Notes: generated by a model from the letters alone, not told the origin. Shown: positions 39,902 to 48,558, numbered from the stretch's first letter. The stretch: DNA of 64,000 nucleotides from a virus (IMGVR_UViG_3300030329_001359:32001-96000); one strand, 5' to 3'. Numbers and translations are program-made.

Positions 39902-41470
39902 CTATGCTACTATCCAGCTTTTTGCACGTTTTTTAGGCTTAAACCACGACTTTTTATCATCATTTCTACTTAAATCTGATGGAAAAGCATGTAAATTTGC
40001 ATAAAAAAGAGCTTCTATAGTATCATCATGTGCCATTCTAGGTCCAAAAGTAACAATTTCGTTATTTAAATCAAACATATTTTCTCTAATATGTATAGTT
40101 CCCATGCTAAATCGACCTGAAAGACCACTATATATACGATTTATCTTCTGTCTACCTCCTGGCTTCTCTGGAATAACAGCAACATCAAACTTATTCAACC
40201 TTCTTCTTTCATCATTTAATGCTTGAAATACGCTTCTATTCATTGCTACGTCTTCAACAGTAGAAGATATGCAATGGTACTTTTGATGTAAATCCAGTAT
40301 ATAGTCAACAACACCTTTTCTATCTATTATCTCATTTTTATCATTCTTAGCTCCTATAGTAGGAATACTTCTATGTCTTTCGTACTCAAGTACATAAAGA
40401 TTATTGTCGCTATCAATGGCAATACACATGATAACAGAGAAATCAGATTCTTTAGTATCAATATCTGTAGCAGGGTCACACCCTACAAAACAATTAACAG
40501 GAAATCTTTCACCTTCGACAACAAGAAAACTTTGATTTTCATCAGCATTGTAATCATAGTAACCTTTCCAATACTTTATATGGTCTCTTGTCCATAAAGC
40601 ATCTTCAGCACTTTGGACCTCCATCATATACTCTTGATAGAATTTTGAAGCTTGACCTGAATCTTGATAGAATTTCTTTTTCTCTTCTAACTTAGATGAT
40701 GGAAACCAAGATGACCACAATGGGTCTCCTGATTTAGTATAAGCTTTATATGTTATAAGTTTCCATGCGAAATCTTCATTATTTGATTGAGCTCTTGAAT
40801 GGTTTATAAGAAGATTATTGATAAATGAATCATAGTGAACTGGTGTACCATTTACTCTTAGTCTCCCAGTATGAGGTTCAATAGCAGGATAGACAACAGC
40901 AGTTACAAGATTAGCATTCTTATCACGGGCCTCTCTTGTAATAGTATTTGCTTCATGTTCAAAGTCATCAAGTATAATAAGGTCATATCTTTTATGAAGT
41001 TTTGCACCTCCGCGAATACCAGCAACATTAGACTTTGATATAAGTTTACAACCATTAGACAACTCAATATCTTCTTCAGTCCATTTACTGCCTTTCATTT
41101 TACCAAAATAATATATGAATCTATCATTGAACTCAAGATGATGTTTAATATAGTCCATGTTACCAACAGATAGTTTCTGAGTTGCAGATACCCAAGCGTA
41201 GAATAACATATCATCTTTAGGGCAGAATACAAAGTCTTTAAGTATTGATGCTTTTGTTAATACTGTCTTTCCATGACCACGAGGTAAAATAATAGCAAGC
41301 TGCTTGACAGATTTATTATCTATCGCATCTGATACTTCGTAGTGGAAGGGGGGAGTTTCGCTGCGCATGAAGTCATCAGGAAGAAACAGCTTGCCAAATG
41401 ATATTAAATCTTTACTTGCTAATTCAAATACTTCTTCAGCTTGAGATACATTTTGTGAATTAATATTCAC
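39902..41470 (-). CDS. terL: Terminase large subunit
   Basis: Walker A PRGHGKT, IRG..RYDLIILDDFE, VNGTP, nuclease GCDPA..DFS and HDDTIEAL. Confidence 0.95.
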   Translation of the reverse strand: MNINSQNVSQAEEVFELASKDLISFGKLFLPDDFMRSETPPFHYEVSDAIDNKSVKQLAIILPRGHGKTVLTKASILKDFVFCPKDDMLFYAWVSATQKLSVGNMDYIKHHLEFNDRFIYYFGKMKGSKWTEEDIELSNGCKLISKSNVAGIRGGAKLHKRYDLIILDDFEHEANTITREARDKNANLVTAVVYPAIEPHTGRLRVNGTPVHYDSFINNLLINHSRAQSNNEDFAWKLITYKAYTKSGDPLWSSWFPSSKLEEKKKFYQDSGQASKFYQEYMMEVQSAEDALWTRDHIKYWKGYYDYNADENQSFLVVEGERFPVNCFVGCDPATDIDTKESDFSVIMCIAIDSDNNLYVLEYERHRSIPTIGAKNDKNEIIDRKGVVDYILDLHQKYHCISSTVEDVAMNRSVFQALNDERRRLNKFDVAVIPEKPGGRQKINRIYSGLSGRFSMGTIHIRENMFDLNNEIVTFGPRMAHDDTIEALFYANLHAFPSDLSRNDDKKSWFKPKKRAKSWIVA

Positions 41471-41850
41471 TTAAATTGTTTTTTCTTACCACCATCATAT
41501 TCATATGCATGGCCATTTTCTTTTAACAACTCATTCAAACTTTTTTCTTCGTCTTTAAGGAATATTTCTCCCAGTACTCTACCATATTTACCAGTACCAT
41601 GGGACTTTATAGTAAAGTTCCCTTCATCTGTATTCTTTAATTTATCTTTTGTATATGCTTTTGCTTCTAGGCCCTTCTTCTTTTCATCAATATCTTTAGT
41701 TCGAGATTCCCAAGTGTCTACACCCATGAATCGTATACGTTTTTTTACCCAAGTATCAAACCCTAGGTCAATCATAGCATCACAAGTATCTCCATCAACA
41801 ACCCGTACAAGAGTAGCATTGTATATGAATTTGTCTAATTTCTTACCCAT
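41467..41850 (-). CDS. Thermonuclease (SNase-like) family protein
   Basis: RVVDGDT..RIRFMGVDTWES..GKYGRVLG..LLKENGHA. Confidence 0.9.
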   Translation of the reverse strand: MGKKLDKFIYNATLVRVVDGDTCDAMIDLGFDTWVKKRIRFMGVDTWESRTKDIDEKKKGLEAKAYTKDKLKNTDEGNFTIKSHGTGKYGRVLGEIFLKDEEKSLNELLKENGHAYEYDGGKKKQFK

Positions 41851-42628
41851 CTATTTTCTCTGGTAATACAGCTTGTTTAGCCCCTTCTAATTGTTCTGGT
41901 GAGAACCCTTGAAAGACACCAAAGACGCCTACATCCTTGTGTTTAACAGTATTGACAGATGTTCCAATTATTTTACCTAATTCTTTTGTTGATTGTAATA
42001 TGATATTATCATCTTCACTATTATCAGCTAAGCATTTTAGTCTATTAAGTACATATTTATGGTCAACGCCTAATTCTTTAGCAACGTCTAGTACTGTTTT
42101 TTCTATTTCTTGCATTACTCTCTCCTGTTTTAAAAGTACTAAAGCTTTCTTTTTAGCTTTGTTCTCATCTGAGACACCTTTAAAAGCATCCATGTAAGCT
42201 TTAACTGGACCCATGCCAGTAACGACATTAGTAGCAAATATCTTCTCATTGTTCGTAACCTTTTTCCTTTTTTTAACTCGCATATTCGTATACTTAATCT
42301 TTTTAGAAAAAGTATATCTATTAGGATGTTGGTCAAAGTCTGTATCCATGAATGTATTTTTGTTATTAACAAACGTACCTACAATCGTTCTGACATAATT
42401 CTTGGCCCACTTATAATTTTTTCTATCATTAGGGTGATTCAAATCAGATACTTTTAATAATTGAAGAATCCTATCATCATCACTATATACCCATTGATTC
42501 TCTTCACCATCTCTCCAATCTTTACATACAGGCAAAGCTTCTTCTTTGAAATGCTCTTGATATTCTTCTATATTGTCGAAGATATAGTGTCTTTTACCTT
42601 TAATTTTTCGGTATTCCATCCAATTCAC
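41843..42628 (-). CDS. Putative terminase small subunit
   Basis: Upstream of terL; C-terminal helical TerS-like pattern (KIFA..PVKAYMDAF..LLKQERV..YVLNRLK..ELGKIIG). Confidence 0.55.
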   Translation of the reverse strand: MNWMEYRKIKGKRHYIFDNIEEYQEHFKEEALPVCKDWRDGEENQWVYSDDDRILQLLKVSDLNHPNDRKNYKWAKNYVRTIVGTFVNNKNTFMDTDFDQHPNRYTFSKKIKYTNMRVKKRKKVTNNEKIFATNVVTGMGPVKAYMDAFKGVSDENKAKKKALVLLKQERVMQEIEKTVLDVAKELGVDHKYVLNRLKCLADNSEDDNIILQSTKELGKIIGTSVNTVKHKDVGVFGVFQGFSPEQLEGAKQAVLPEKIDG

Positions 42629-42833
42629 TTATTTGATTCTTGTATCTAATGCAGTCTTCTGTCAATTTTTCTACTAATGTAGCAACAGGTTCTTCTACAA
42701 AATATACTACATCATCAATCTCAAGAGGGCAATCTTTATTAACTCTCTTGGATAGCATCCTCAAAATATCTTCTTGCAACTCTATTGGAAGGTGGTCTAT
42801 GAAATCTATGTTAACAGCCATATATCTCACCAA
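42600..42833 (-). CDS. Hypothetical protein (77 aa)
   Basis: Overlap-coupled ORF. Confidence 0.55.
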   Translation of the reverse strand: MVRYMAVNIDFIDHLPIELQEDILRMLSKRVNKDCPLEIDDVVYFVEEPVATLVEKLTEDCIRYKNQISELDGIPKN

Positions 42834-43147
42834 TCCTTTCTTTCTGTATAATTATGTTTTGTCTTGTACACTCTCTTCTTCCTTGGTTTGCTATAATAAG
42901 CCTTTTTCTTTATTGGTTTGAATTTATTACCAATAACCTCCCCATCAAATACCTCAATCAATTTTAATAATAATTTAGATTCTTCAATATGGTCAATATC
43001 TAATTCATGCTTTACACACCCTTTTTTGAATACATCAGTAGGAATATTCTTAGGGTGAAACTCATTGTTTCTCTTAACAAACCAATAGCATTGGTTCTTA
43101 TGTTCTAAAAAGCAGCTGTTACAAGTTCTATTATTTTTATTTACCAT
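42827..43147 (-). CDS. Hypothetical Cys-containing protein, first gene of the late strand
   Basis: CNSC..C..C; follows the promoter and AT-rich region. Confidence 0.6.
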   Translation of the reverse strand: MVNKNNRTCNSCFLEHKNQCYWFVKRNNEFHPKNIPTDVFKKGCVKHELDIDHIEESKLLLKLIEVFDGEVIGNKFKPIKKKAYYSKPRKKRVYKTKHNYTERKDW

Positions 43148-43156
43148 TTGTTTATG

Positions 43157-43247
43157 TATATATATATTATATATATATTATATATATTATATATACTATA
43201 TCCCCCTATTCTTTTCTTTTCTTTACTCCACTTTCTTTTCTTTTCTT
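43157..43247. repeat. (TA)n-like tract plus duplicated TTCTTTTCTTTTCTT; candidate origin region
   Basis: About 45 bp of near-pure alternating A/T, then a pyrimidine tract, at the strand switch. Confidence 0.6.
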
Positions 43248-43262
43248 ATGAAAAGTAGCACG

Positions 43263-43292
43263 AATATACAAAAATGCCCATGTGTTAGTCAA
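43263..43292 (-). promoter_or_regulatory. Sigma70-like promoter for the packaging/late operon
   Basis: TTGACT-N18-TATATT. Confidence 0.5.
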
Positions 43293-43424
43293 CAGTAGCA
43301 TCATTTTGATATGGGGTGTTTTATACAGGTACACCGGTCTCATAGAGACTTTCCGTAAATAGGATTTACGTTATTTTTGATTTAGGAATTAAGAAGTTTA
43401 CACTGAATAATAAAGGAGACATAT

Positions 43425-43832
43425 ATGTCAAATCTCACACCTAACCCTATCTTGAACGTACTGCCTCAACTGGCTGCTATTAAAGAGATGGGCTCGCGGT
43501 TCCCTTCGTGGCCTAAAGTAATGAACCTTGCTAATCAATGCATGTATGCCCAAGCAGGCATAACAGTTCTTACGGATTCAATGGGTAACTCGTTTCAGGT
43601 TCCTCAGGCTCAACTAGCTCAGATACAAGGAGCTCAACCTCAGGCTCAACTGACTGCTGCCAATCAAGTAGCTGATACTACTGATGAGATTCAGGCTCTT
43701 AAAGCTGAAATCAATAAGACTCAGGGTAGAGCTCTACACAATGTTGAATCTAAGCTTAATGCTAGATTTGATAAGATTGAGAAGTTTCTTGAGTCTTTAC
43801 CAACTGTACCAGTGGTACCGGACTCCGCATAA
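43425..43832 (+). CDS. First early-strand gene, Gln/Ala-rich hypothetical protein
   Basis: AAAGGAG SD and its own terminator. Confidence 0.75.
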   Translation: MSNLTPNPILNVLPQLAAIKEMGSRFPSWPKVMNLANQCMYAQAGITVLTDSMGNSFQVPQAQLAQIQGAQPQAQLTAANQVADTTDEIQALKAEINKTQGRALHNVESKLNARFDKIEKFLESLPTVPVVPDSA

Positions 43833-43836
43833 GGCT

Positions 43837-43866
43837 AAAAGGGCCCCTTCGGGGGCTCTTTTTTTT
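43837..43866 (+). terminator. Rho-independent terminator
   Basis: GGGCCCC-TTCG-GGGGCTC followed by T8. Confidence 0.9.
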
Positions 43867-43984
43867 AAGAAGTTCTTTGATATCTATCGCTTATACACCT
43901 GCAATGCTACAGCAACAGCAATATAATGCACCATTATAGTTGTATGCTACATATAATCTACTTTATATAGTACTTGTATTATAC

Positions 43985-44140
43985 AAACATGGTCATGCAA
44001 CATGCTCGTGTTGGTCATGCATTCTAAGCTCAGTATGAATGCTATATCGAGTGTGCGTCCCCTGAGTTTCCGCTTAGTGTTGGAGAATCTAAGTATTGAC
44101 AGACAGAGCGTCCAAAGGCTAGTGTCGAACCTACTAGCCA
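43985..44140 (+). ncRNA. Candidate structured RNA
   Basis: Several hairpins in a non-coding, GC-enriched gap (see findings). Confidence 0.3.
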
Positions 44141-44164
44141 AATCTTTATAGAATTTTTTATGAA

Positions 44165-44437
44165 ATGATTAAAAAAGGAACTGTTATGAGAAAAGCAAAG
44201 CTAATAAAAAAGGAAAAGAAAAAACTAAACGATAAACTTGCAGCTGAAGGTAGAACAAAGAATCAAAGAAGGAAGAAGAAGATGAAGGCTGCTGTTGATA
44301 CTTATGATGGTCGTTTAGGTGCATTGAAAGGTGAAACACTTAGAGAAAAATATCTTCATATGCATAGATTGATTGGTGATGAGAACACAAGGCTTAAGAA
44401 AGAAGCTGAAGAGAAAGAATCAAAGAAAACTGAATAA
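44165..44437 (+). CDS. Basic hypothetical protein
   Basis: K/R-rich; the true start is probably MRKAK after AAGGA. Confidence 0.6.
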   Translation: MIKKGTVMRKAKLIKKEKKKLNDKLAAEGRTKNQRRKKKMKAAVDTYDGRLGALKGETLREKYLHMHRLIGDENTRLKKEAEEKESKKTE

Positions 44438-44449
44438 GATTAAAAAGAT

Positions 44450-44518
44450 ATGCAGGGGTCTATCCATTTGTTACCCACAACTACTTGTATCATATGGACC
44501 AACCCTAGGCCCCTGTAT
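44450..44518 (+). ncRNA. Candidate stem-loop RNA or RNase III-type site
   Basis: 13-bp stem 44450-44462/44506-44518 with two G.U pairs on the plus strand. Confidence 0.45.
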
Positions 44519-44552
44519 TTAACACATACTGAAATACCAAAAGGAGCACAAA

Positions 44553-44675
44553 ATGAGTATTGAAAAAGTAAACCATGTTAGCTATGCTGTTTGGGATAAT
44601 ATAGGCGGTTTTTGCTTATTTATAGGTACATTACAGCAATGCAGACAATATATAAAAGAATGCAAGGAGGAATAA
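44553..44675 (+). CDS. Hypothetical protein (40 aa)
   Basis: AAAGGAG SD; MSIEKVNHVSYAVWDNIGG... Confidence 0.6.
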   Translation: MSIEKVNHVSYAVWDNIGGFCLFIGTLQQCRQYIKECKEE

Positions 44676-44679
44676 AATA

Positions 44680-45078
44680 ATGATACTACCAAAAGTATTA
44701 CATAAGGAGTTTCTTCATTATTATAATGAGTGTGAAATAGCTGGATGTGAAAATGATACAGACTATTATAGTGAACTTGAAGTTCGAGTATGCTTTAATC
44801 ATCAGGATAATTATTTTGAACAATATAAAATTCAAAAAGCAAAATGGGTATCCAGAGAAAGTCGTGCGAGTGAAAAACATGAAAAAGATATGAGAAATGC
44901 TAGTAAAGAGCTGGATATTTATCAAAAGAAACTTATATATGCTGAAAGAGATATAGAACGTTTAAAAGAAATAATATCAAGACCATTATGGTCCATTGCT
45001 AAAGACAGGATTATAATTTTCTATTTAAAGCATATTAAAAGAGAAGAATTTAAAATAGCAATTAGAAAGGCTAAGTAA
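44680..45078 (+). CDS. Hypothetical protein with putative Zn ligands and coiled coil
   Basis: CEIAGC..CFNH; GGAGG SD. Confidence 0.65.
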   Translation: MILPKVLHKEFLHYYNECEIAGCENDTDYYSELEVRVCFNHQDNYFEQYKIQKAKWVSRESRASEKHEKDMRNASKELDIYQKKLIYAERDIERLKEIISRPLWSIAKDRIIIFYLKHIKREEFKIAIRKAK

Positions 45079-45081
45079 TAC

Positions 45082-45285
45082 AAGGACGCTTGGGCGATGG
45101 TATGCCATAGCCAATTTGCCCTTTCTAAAAGAGGGTGTCAATGATGGTCGGAATGTTCTTTTACACAAACCTGAGGCAATTCGGCGGATTAAGGCACCCT
45201 CTGCTTTTCGCATCCCAGCAATGTCTTTAGAGAGTAGTACTAAGTCACGTGGATATGTAGTGCGCAAAAGGTCAGACCTCTCTCT
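45082..45285 (+). ncRNA. Candidate structured ncRNA (~200 nt)
   Basis: GC-enriched gap with nested long-range helices (see findings). Confidence 0.5.
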
Positions 45286-45327
45286 TTAGATATTCTAATA
45301 ATAAATAATTGAATTAAAGGAGCAACA

Positions 45328-45573
45328 ATGTTAAAAAATAAAAATCTTAAAGAATTGATACCAATATTTCATAAAATATTTCAAATGTTATTTACTGAAA
45401 TGAGAAATAGTGGAATTAACGATGAAAGAGTTAAATGGTATGCTGATTCCATAGCTACTTTATTAAGCTTTACAATAGTTCTTATCTATGAAGATAAGGA
45501 AGAATTTGATAAATATGTGAATGAACTTGATGATAGATATGATGATGAATTAGAACAAAAAGCAAGGGCTTAA
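45328..45573 (+). CDS. Hypothetical protein (81 aa)
   Basis: AAAGGAG SD. Confidence 0.65.
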   Translation: MLKNKNLKELIPIFHKIFQMLFTEMRNSGINDERVKWYADSIATLLSFTIVLIYEDKEEFDKYVNELDDRYDDELEQKARA

Positions 45574-45582
45574 AGAAATATT

Positions 45583-45756
45583 ATGAAAAAAGAAAACAGA
45601 TATCAAATAACAGTTAAAGAATTGCAAAAGAATGTAAAAGATAGAATAGTAGATGTATACACACAAGGCGATGTAACTGTTGTTGAAATACCTAATGGTA
45701 GGGTAAAAATTATGCCAGAACATAAAAAACCGAATGTTAAAAGGGGAAGCAAATGA
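45583..45756 (+). CDS. Hypothetical protein (57 aa)
   Basis: MKKENRYQITVKELQ..; its TGA overlaps the next ATG. Confidence 0.55.
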   Translation: MKKENRYQITVKELQKNVKDRIVDVYTQGDVTVVEIPNGRVKIMPEHKKPNVKRGSK

Positions 45757-46007
45757 GTAAACAAAAACTATTTCCAAAACATAAAGATGATATAGAAATA
45801 AAACTTACGGAATGTTTAGAAAAAAAATATACTGACTTTAATGTAGAAGCAAAAGCAGTAAATCATGGATGGATACAAGCATTGAAATGGGTAAAAGGAT
45901 ATGATAATTTATTTAAAAATAATGATAAAGATGTTCCAGTAATAACTGGAGATAAAGATACGGATGCTTTATTGGAAGATGAAAGAATAGCTCAAGAAGA
46001 ATTATGA
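45753..46007 (+). CDS. Hypothetical protein (84 aa)
   Basis: GWIQALKWV motif; ATGA-coupled. Confidence 0.65.
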   Translation: MSKQKLFPKHKDDIEIKLTECLEKKYTDFNVEAKAVNHGWIQALKWVKGYDNLFKNNDKDVPVITGDKDTDALLEDERIAQEEL

Positions 46008-46282
46008 GTTATTATAATCAATATTCTCCTATTACACCAATAGAATATAAGATAACTCTTTTATTGGTAATGGAAGGATATAAAAAAGATGACATACATT
46101 TTAGAAATGAACTTGGAAGTAAAAATAGATATCTAAGATGTGCATATTGGGAATACATCAAGACAGAAACATTAAAATATGTTGAAGAGCACGCCAATGT
46201 ATCTTTTAATATGGAAGTCATAGAAGATAGTGATTGTTTAGATAAATATTGTTATAAATATAAAATAAAAGGAGATGTATAA
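46004..46282 (+). CDS. Hypothetical protein (92 aa)
   Basis: ATGA-coupled. Confidence 0.6.
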   Translation: MSYYNQYSPITPIEYKITLLLVMEGYKKDDIHFRNELGSKNRYLRCAYWEYIKTETLKYVEEHANVSFNMEVIEDSDCLDKYCYKYKIKGDV

Positions 46283-46794
46283 TGGGATTTGATTTATATG
46301 GAATGAATCCACAAGAAAATACAAAAAAACCAGCTATATTAGAAAAGCCTTGGTGGGAATGTGAAACAAACAAAGAAAAAGAAAATCATTCTATTGCTTT
46401 AAATGAATATGAAAAACAGAATCCAGGTGTTTATTTTAGATTAAATAATTGGGGATGGAGACCTCTTTGGGGATTTATTTATGCATCTTGTGATGATATA
46501 TTAACTGAAAAAGATTACGATAATGGCCATGCTAATTCGGGTCATCGTATATCAAAAACAAAAGCAACAAGAATATCAAAAAGACTGCAAAAACTTGACA
46601 AATTAGGAATACTTGAAACATATCAAAATGAAGTTATAGATATTATTGAAAAAGCTGAAAAGAAAAATAAAAAGCTTAAATTATCTGTATCAGATAAAGA
46701 ATACGACTGGGCGGCCCACTATCCATTTCGTAGAGATTGGGTGGTTGAATTTGCTAACTTCTGTGAGCAATCCGGAGGGTTTGAAATATGTTGA
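46282..46794 (+). CDS. Conserved-looking phage hypothetical protein
   Basis: MGFDLYG..GVYFRLNNWGWRPLW..FANFCEQSGGFEIC. Confidence 0.75.
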   Translation: MGFDLYGMNPQENTKKPAILEKPWWECETNKEKENHSIALNEYEKQNPGVYFRLNNWGWRPLWGFIYASCDDILTEKDYDNGHANSGHRISKTKATRISKRLQKLDKLGILETYQNEVIDIIEKAEKKNKKLKLSVSDKEYDWAAHYPFRRDWVVEFANFCEQSGGFEIC

Positions 46795-46798
46795 CCGC

Positions 46799-46827
46799 TT
46801 GACAAATAAACTGATTTAAAGTAAATT
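46799..46827 (+). promoter_or_regulatory. Sigma70-type promoter for the recombination/replication operon
   Basis: TTGACA-N17-TAAATT, followed by AAAGGAG and the nuclease start. Confidence 0.75.
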
Positions 46828-46844
46828 CTATACATCAAAAGGAG

Positions 46845-47648
46845 TTGATATTGTTGAACTTAGAGACAATATATGATGACTACCTTGAAAGGCTCCAAGA
46901 AGAGCGTAAAAAAGAATATAAAGAATACGAAGAATGGTTTTCAGGTTCATCTGCTGGAAGTTGCTATAAAAAGCAATGGTACAAAATCAAGCAATTTGAG
47001 CCTGAACCATTTGACCTAAGAACTAAAAGACTACTAAGACTTGGTACTATAGTTCATGCTGATATAGAAAAAGCAATATCTGAAGCAGAGCCTGCTGATG
47101 GTGTTGAGGTCCTACTTGAGCATGAAATAAAGATAGATGAATGGAATGTAGTTGGACACTTAGACCACTGTTTCCTAAGAAGAGATGGTGATAAGATTGA
47201 AATGTATGTTAGTGATTTAAAAACACTCGCTGCATTCAGTTGGACAAGTAAGTTCGGAAGGAAAGCTAAAAAGCAAAGTATTAATATGATTCCTACGTTT
47301 GGACATTATGAGCTTCAAGTAGCAACATATGCATTAGGAATGTTAAAAAGTGTTATGCCTGAACTACCCAATTTTAATAGTGGAGACCATATTCATTATG
47401 AAATTGATAACTTGAAAGATAATATTTCTATCAACATAGTTTGGTATAATAAGAATGATTCAAAAATGAAGACAGTAGAAATATCTACAGAAGCATTACA
47501 TGCTGCTATAGCATATTGGAATGATTTAAATGATTTTATAAATGAAGATAAAAACATTGAATCAATACCACCAGATGGAGCTATAGGTATACCAATGCAA
47601 GGATGGGAATGTAAATACTGTCAATATAAGAAACATTGTATTAAATAA
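46845..47648 (+). CDS. Cas4-like PD-(D/E)XK exonuclease
   Basis: SSAGSC..GTIVH..GHLD..DLKT..QVATY..CKYCQYKKHC (1+3 Cys Fe-S pattern). Confidence 0.85.
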   Translation: MILLNLETIYDDYLERLQEERKKEYKEYEEWFSGSSAGSCYKKQWYKIKQFEPEPFDLRTKRLLRLGTIVHADIEKAISEAEPADGVEVLLEHEIKIDEWNVVGHLDHCFLRRDGDKIEMYVSDLKTLAAFSWTSKFGRKAKKQSINMIPTFGHYELQVATYALGMLKSVMPELPNFNSGDHIHYEIDNLKDNISINIVWYNKNDSKMKTVEISTEALHAAIAYWNDLNDFINEDKNIESIPPDGAIGIPMQGWECKYCQYKKHCIK

Positions 47649-47659
47649 AAGGAAGACAA

Positions 47660-48274
47660 ATGGCAAAAAAAGATAATAAGATAGCTGTTCTAAATGAACA
47701 ATCTATACAAAATATAGAAAGTCGTAGAGAGCATCATTCTTATCATAAGACTGTGAGTAATATGAAAACTCCACAGAAATATATAAAACAAAAGATGGGC
47801 CTTGATTATGTAGAGTATGGATATATGAGAGACCTAGCTGATAAGTTTTATCCTGGGTGGAGTTGGACAATCATAAGATGTGCAGCTTTAGGAAGTGAAG
47901 CATATGAAGTTCATGGTAGACTTAAATGGTTTGATAATGGTATATGGAGAGAAGGTGATTGTATTGCAGCTCATAGAATACAGAAGAAAAGAGGTTCTGA
48001 TGAGTTTGTAGACGTTGGAAATGATTTAAAAGCCGCTAATACAGATACTATTAAGAAAGCATTTAATATGTATATGAACATCGCTGATGATATTTATCGT
48101 AATCAGATTGACGAATATGAATTAGAGAAAAGTCAGATACAACAGTTACTTGATAGTGCTGGTAATGTAGATGAAGATACTCAAACTATTATTGCTGAGA
48201 AGATAGATACTAGAGAAATAAATGCATATAACTTTGAACAATCATTAGAAAAGCTAAAGGAAATGAATAAATGA
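47660..48274 (+). CDS. Rad52/Sak-family single-strand annealing protein
   Basis: LDYV..GWSW..GNDLKAANTDTIKKAF..IADDIY. Confidence 0.8.
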   Translation: MAKKDNKIAVLNEQSIQNIESRREHHSYHKTVSNMKTPQKYIKQKMGLDYVEYGYMRDLADKFYPGWSWTIIRCAALGSEAYEVHGRLKWFDNGIWREGDCIAAHRIQKKRGSDEFVDVGNDLKAANTDTIKKAFNMYMNIADDIYRNQIDEYELEKSQIQQLLDSAGNVDEDTQTIIAEKIDTREINAYNFEQSLEKLKEMNK

Positions 48275-48555
48275 AAAGTATAAATAATTATGGAGAGATT
48301 CATTCTCTTCTACATGAAGATGAAGTTTATACAGTAGGAACGAATGACGGAAAAGAATTTAGGAGAGTAGTATACAAAGGAACAAAACTCTTAAATGGAA
48401 AGTCTATGATGGTATTTAAAACAGAAGACAATAGTCGATTGACAATAAATCCATCATTTCACACTTTCACAATAGAAGAACATCCATTACCTCAACCTGA
48501 GGACTTTGAAAGTAAAGTGGATGTTTACATTGAAAATAAAACAAAGGAGAAGTAA
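48271..48555 (+). CDS. Hypothetical protein (94 aa)
   Basis: ATGA-coupled. Confidence 0.65.
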   Translation: MKSINNYGEIHSLLHEDEVYTVGTNDGKEFRRVVYKGTKLLNGKSMMVFKTEDNSRLTINPSFHTFTIEEHPLPQPEDFESKVDVYIENKTKEK

Positions 48556-48558
48556 GGC

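Noticed and set aside
971-42921. Many short plus-strand ORFs over the structural region, and minus-strand ORFs over the early region
   Set aside because: Antisense or out-of-frame shadows of long genes, with no SD or recognisable motifs.
44050-44140. tRNA suggested by a hairpin ending in CCA
   Set aside because: No cloverleaf with D and anticodon arms could be built.
46845-47648. Cas4 as evidence of a CRISPR-Cas system
   Set aside because: No array or other cas genes; solo Cas4-like nucleases next to annealases are common in phages.
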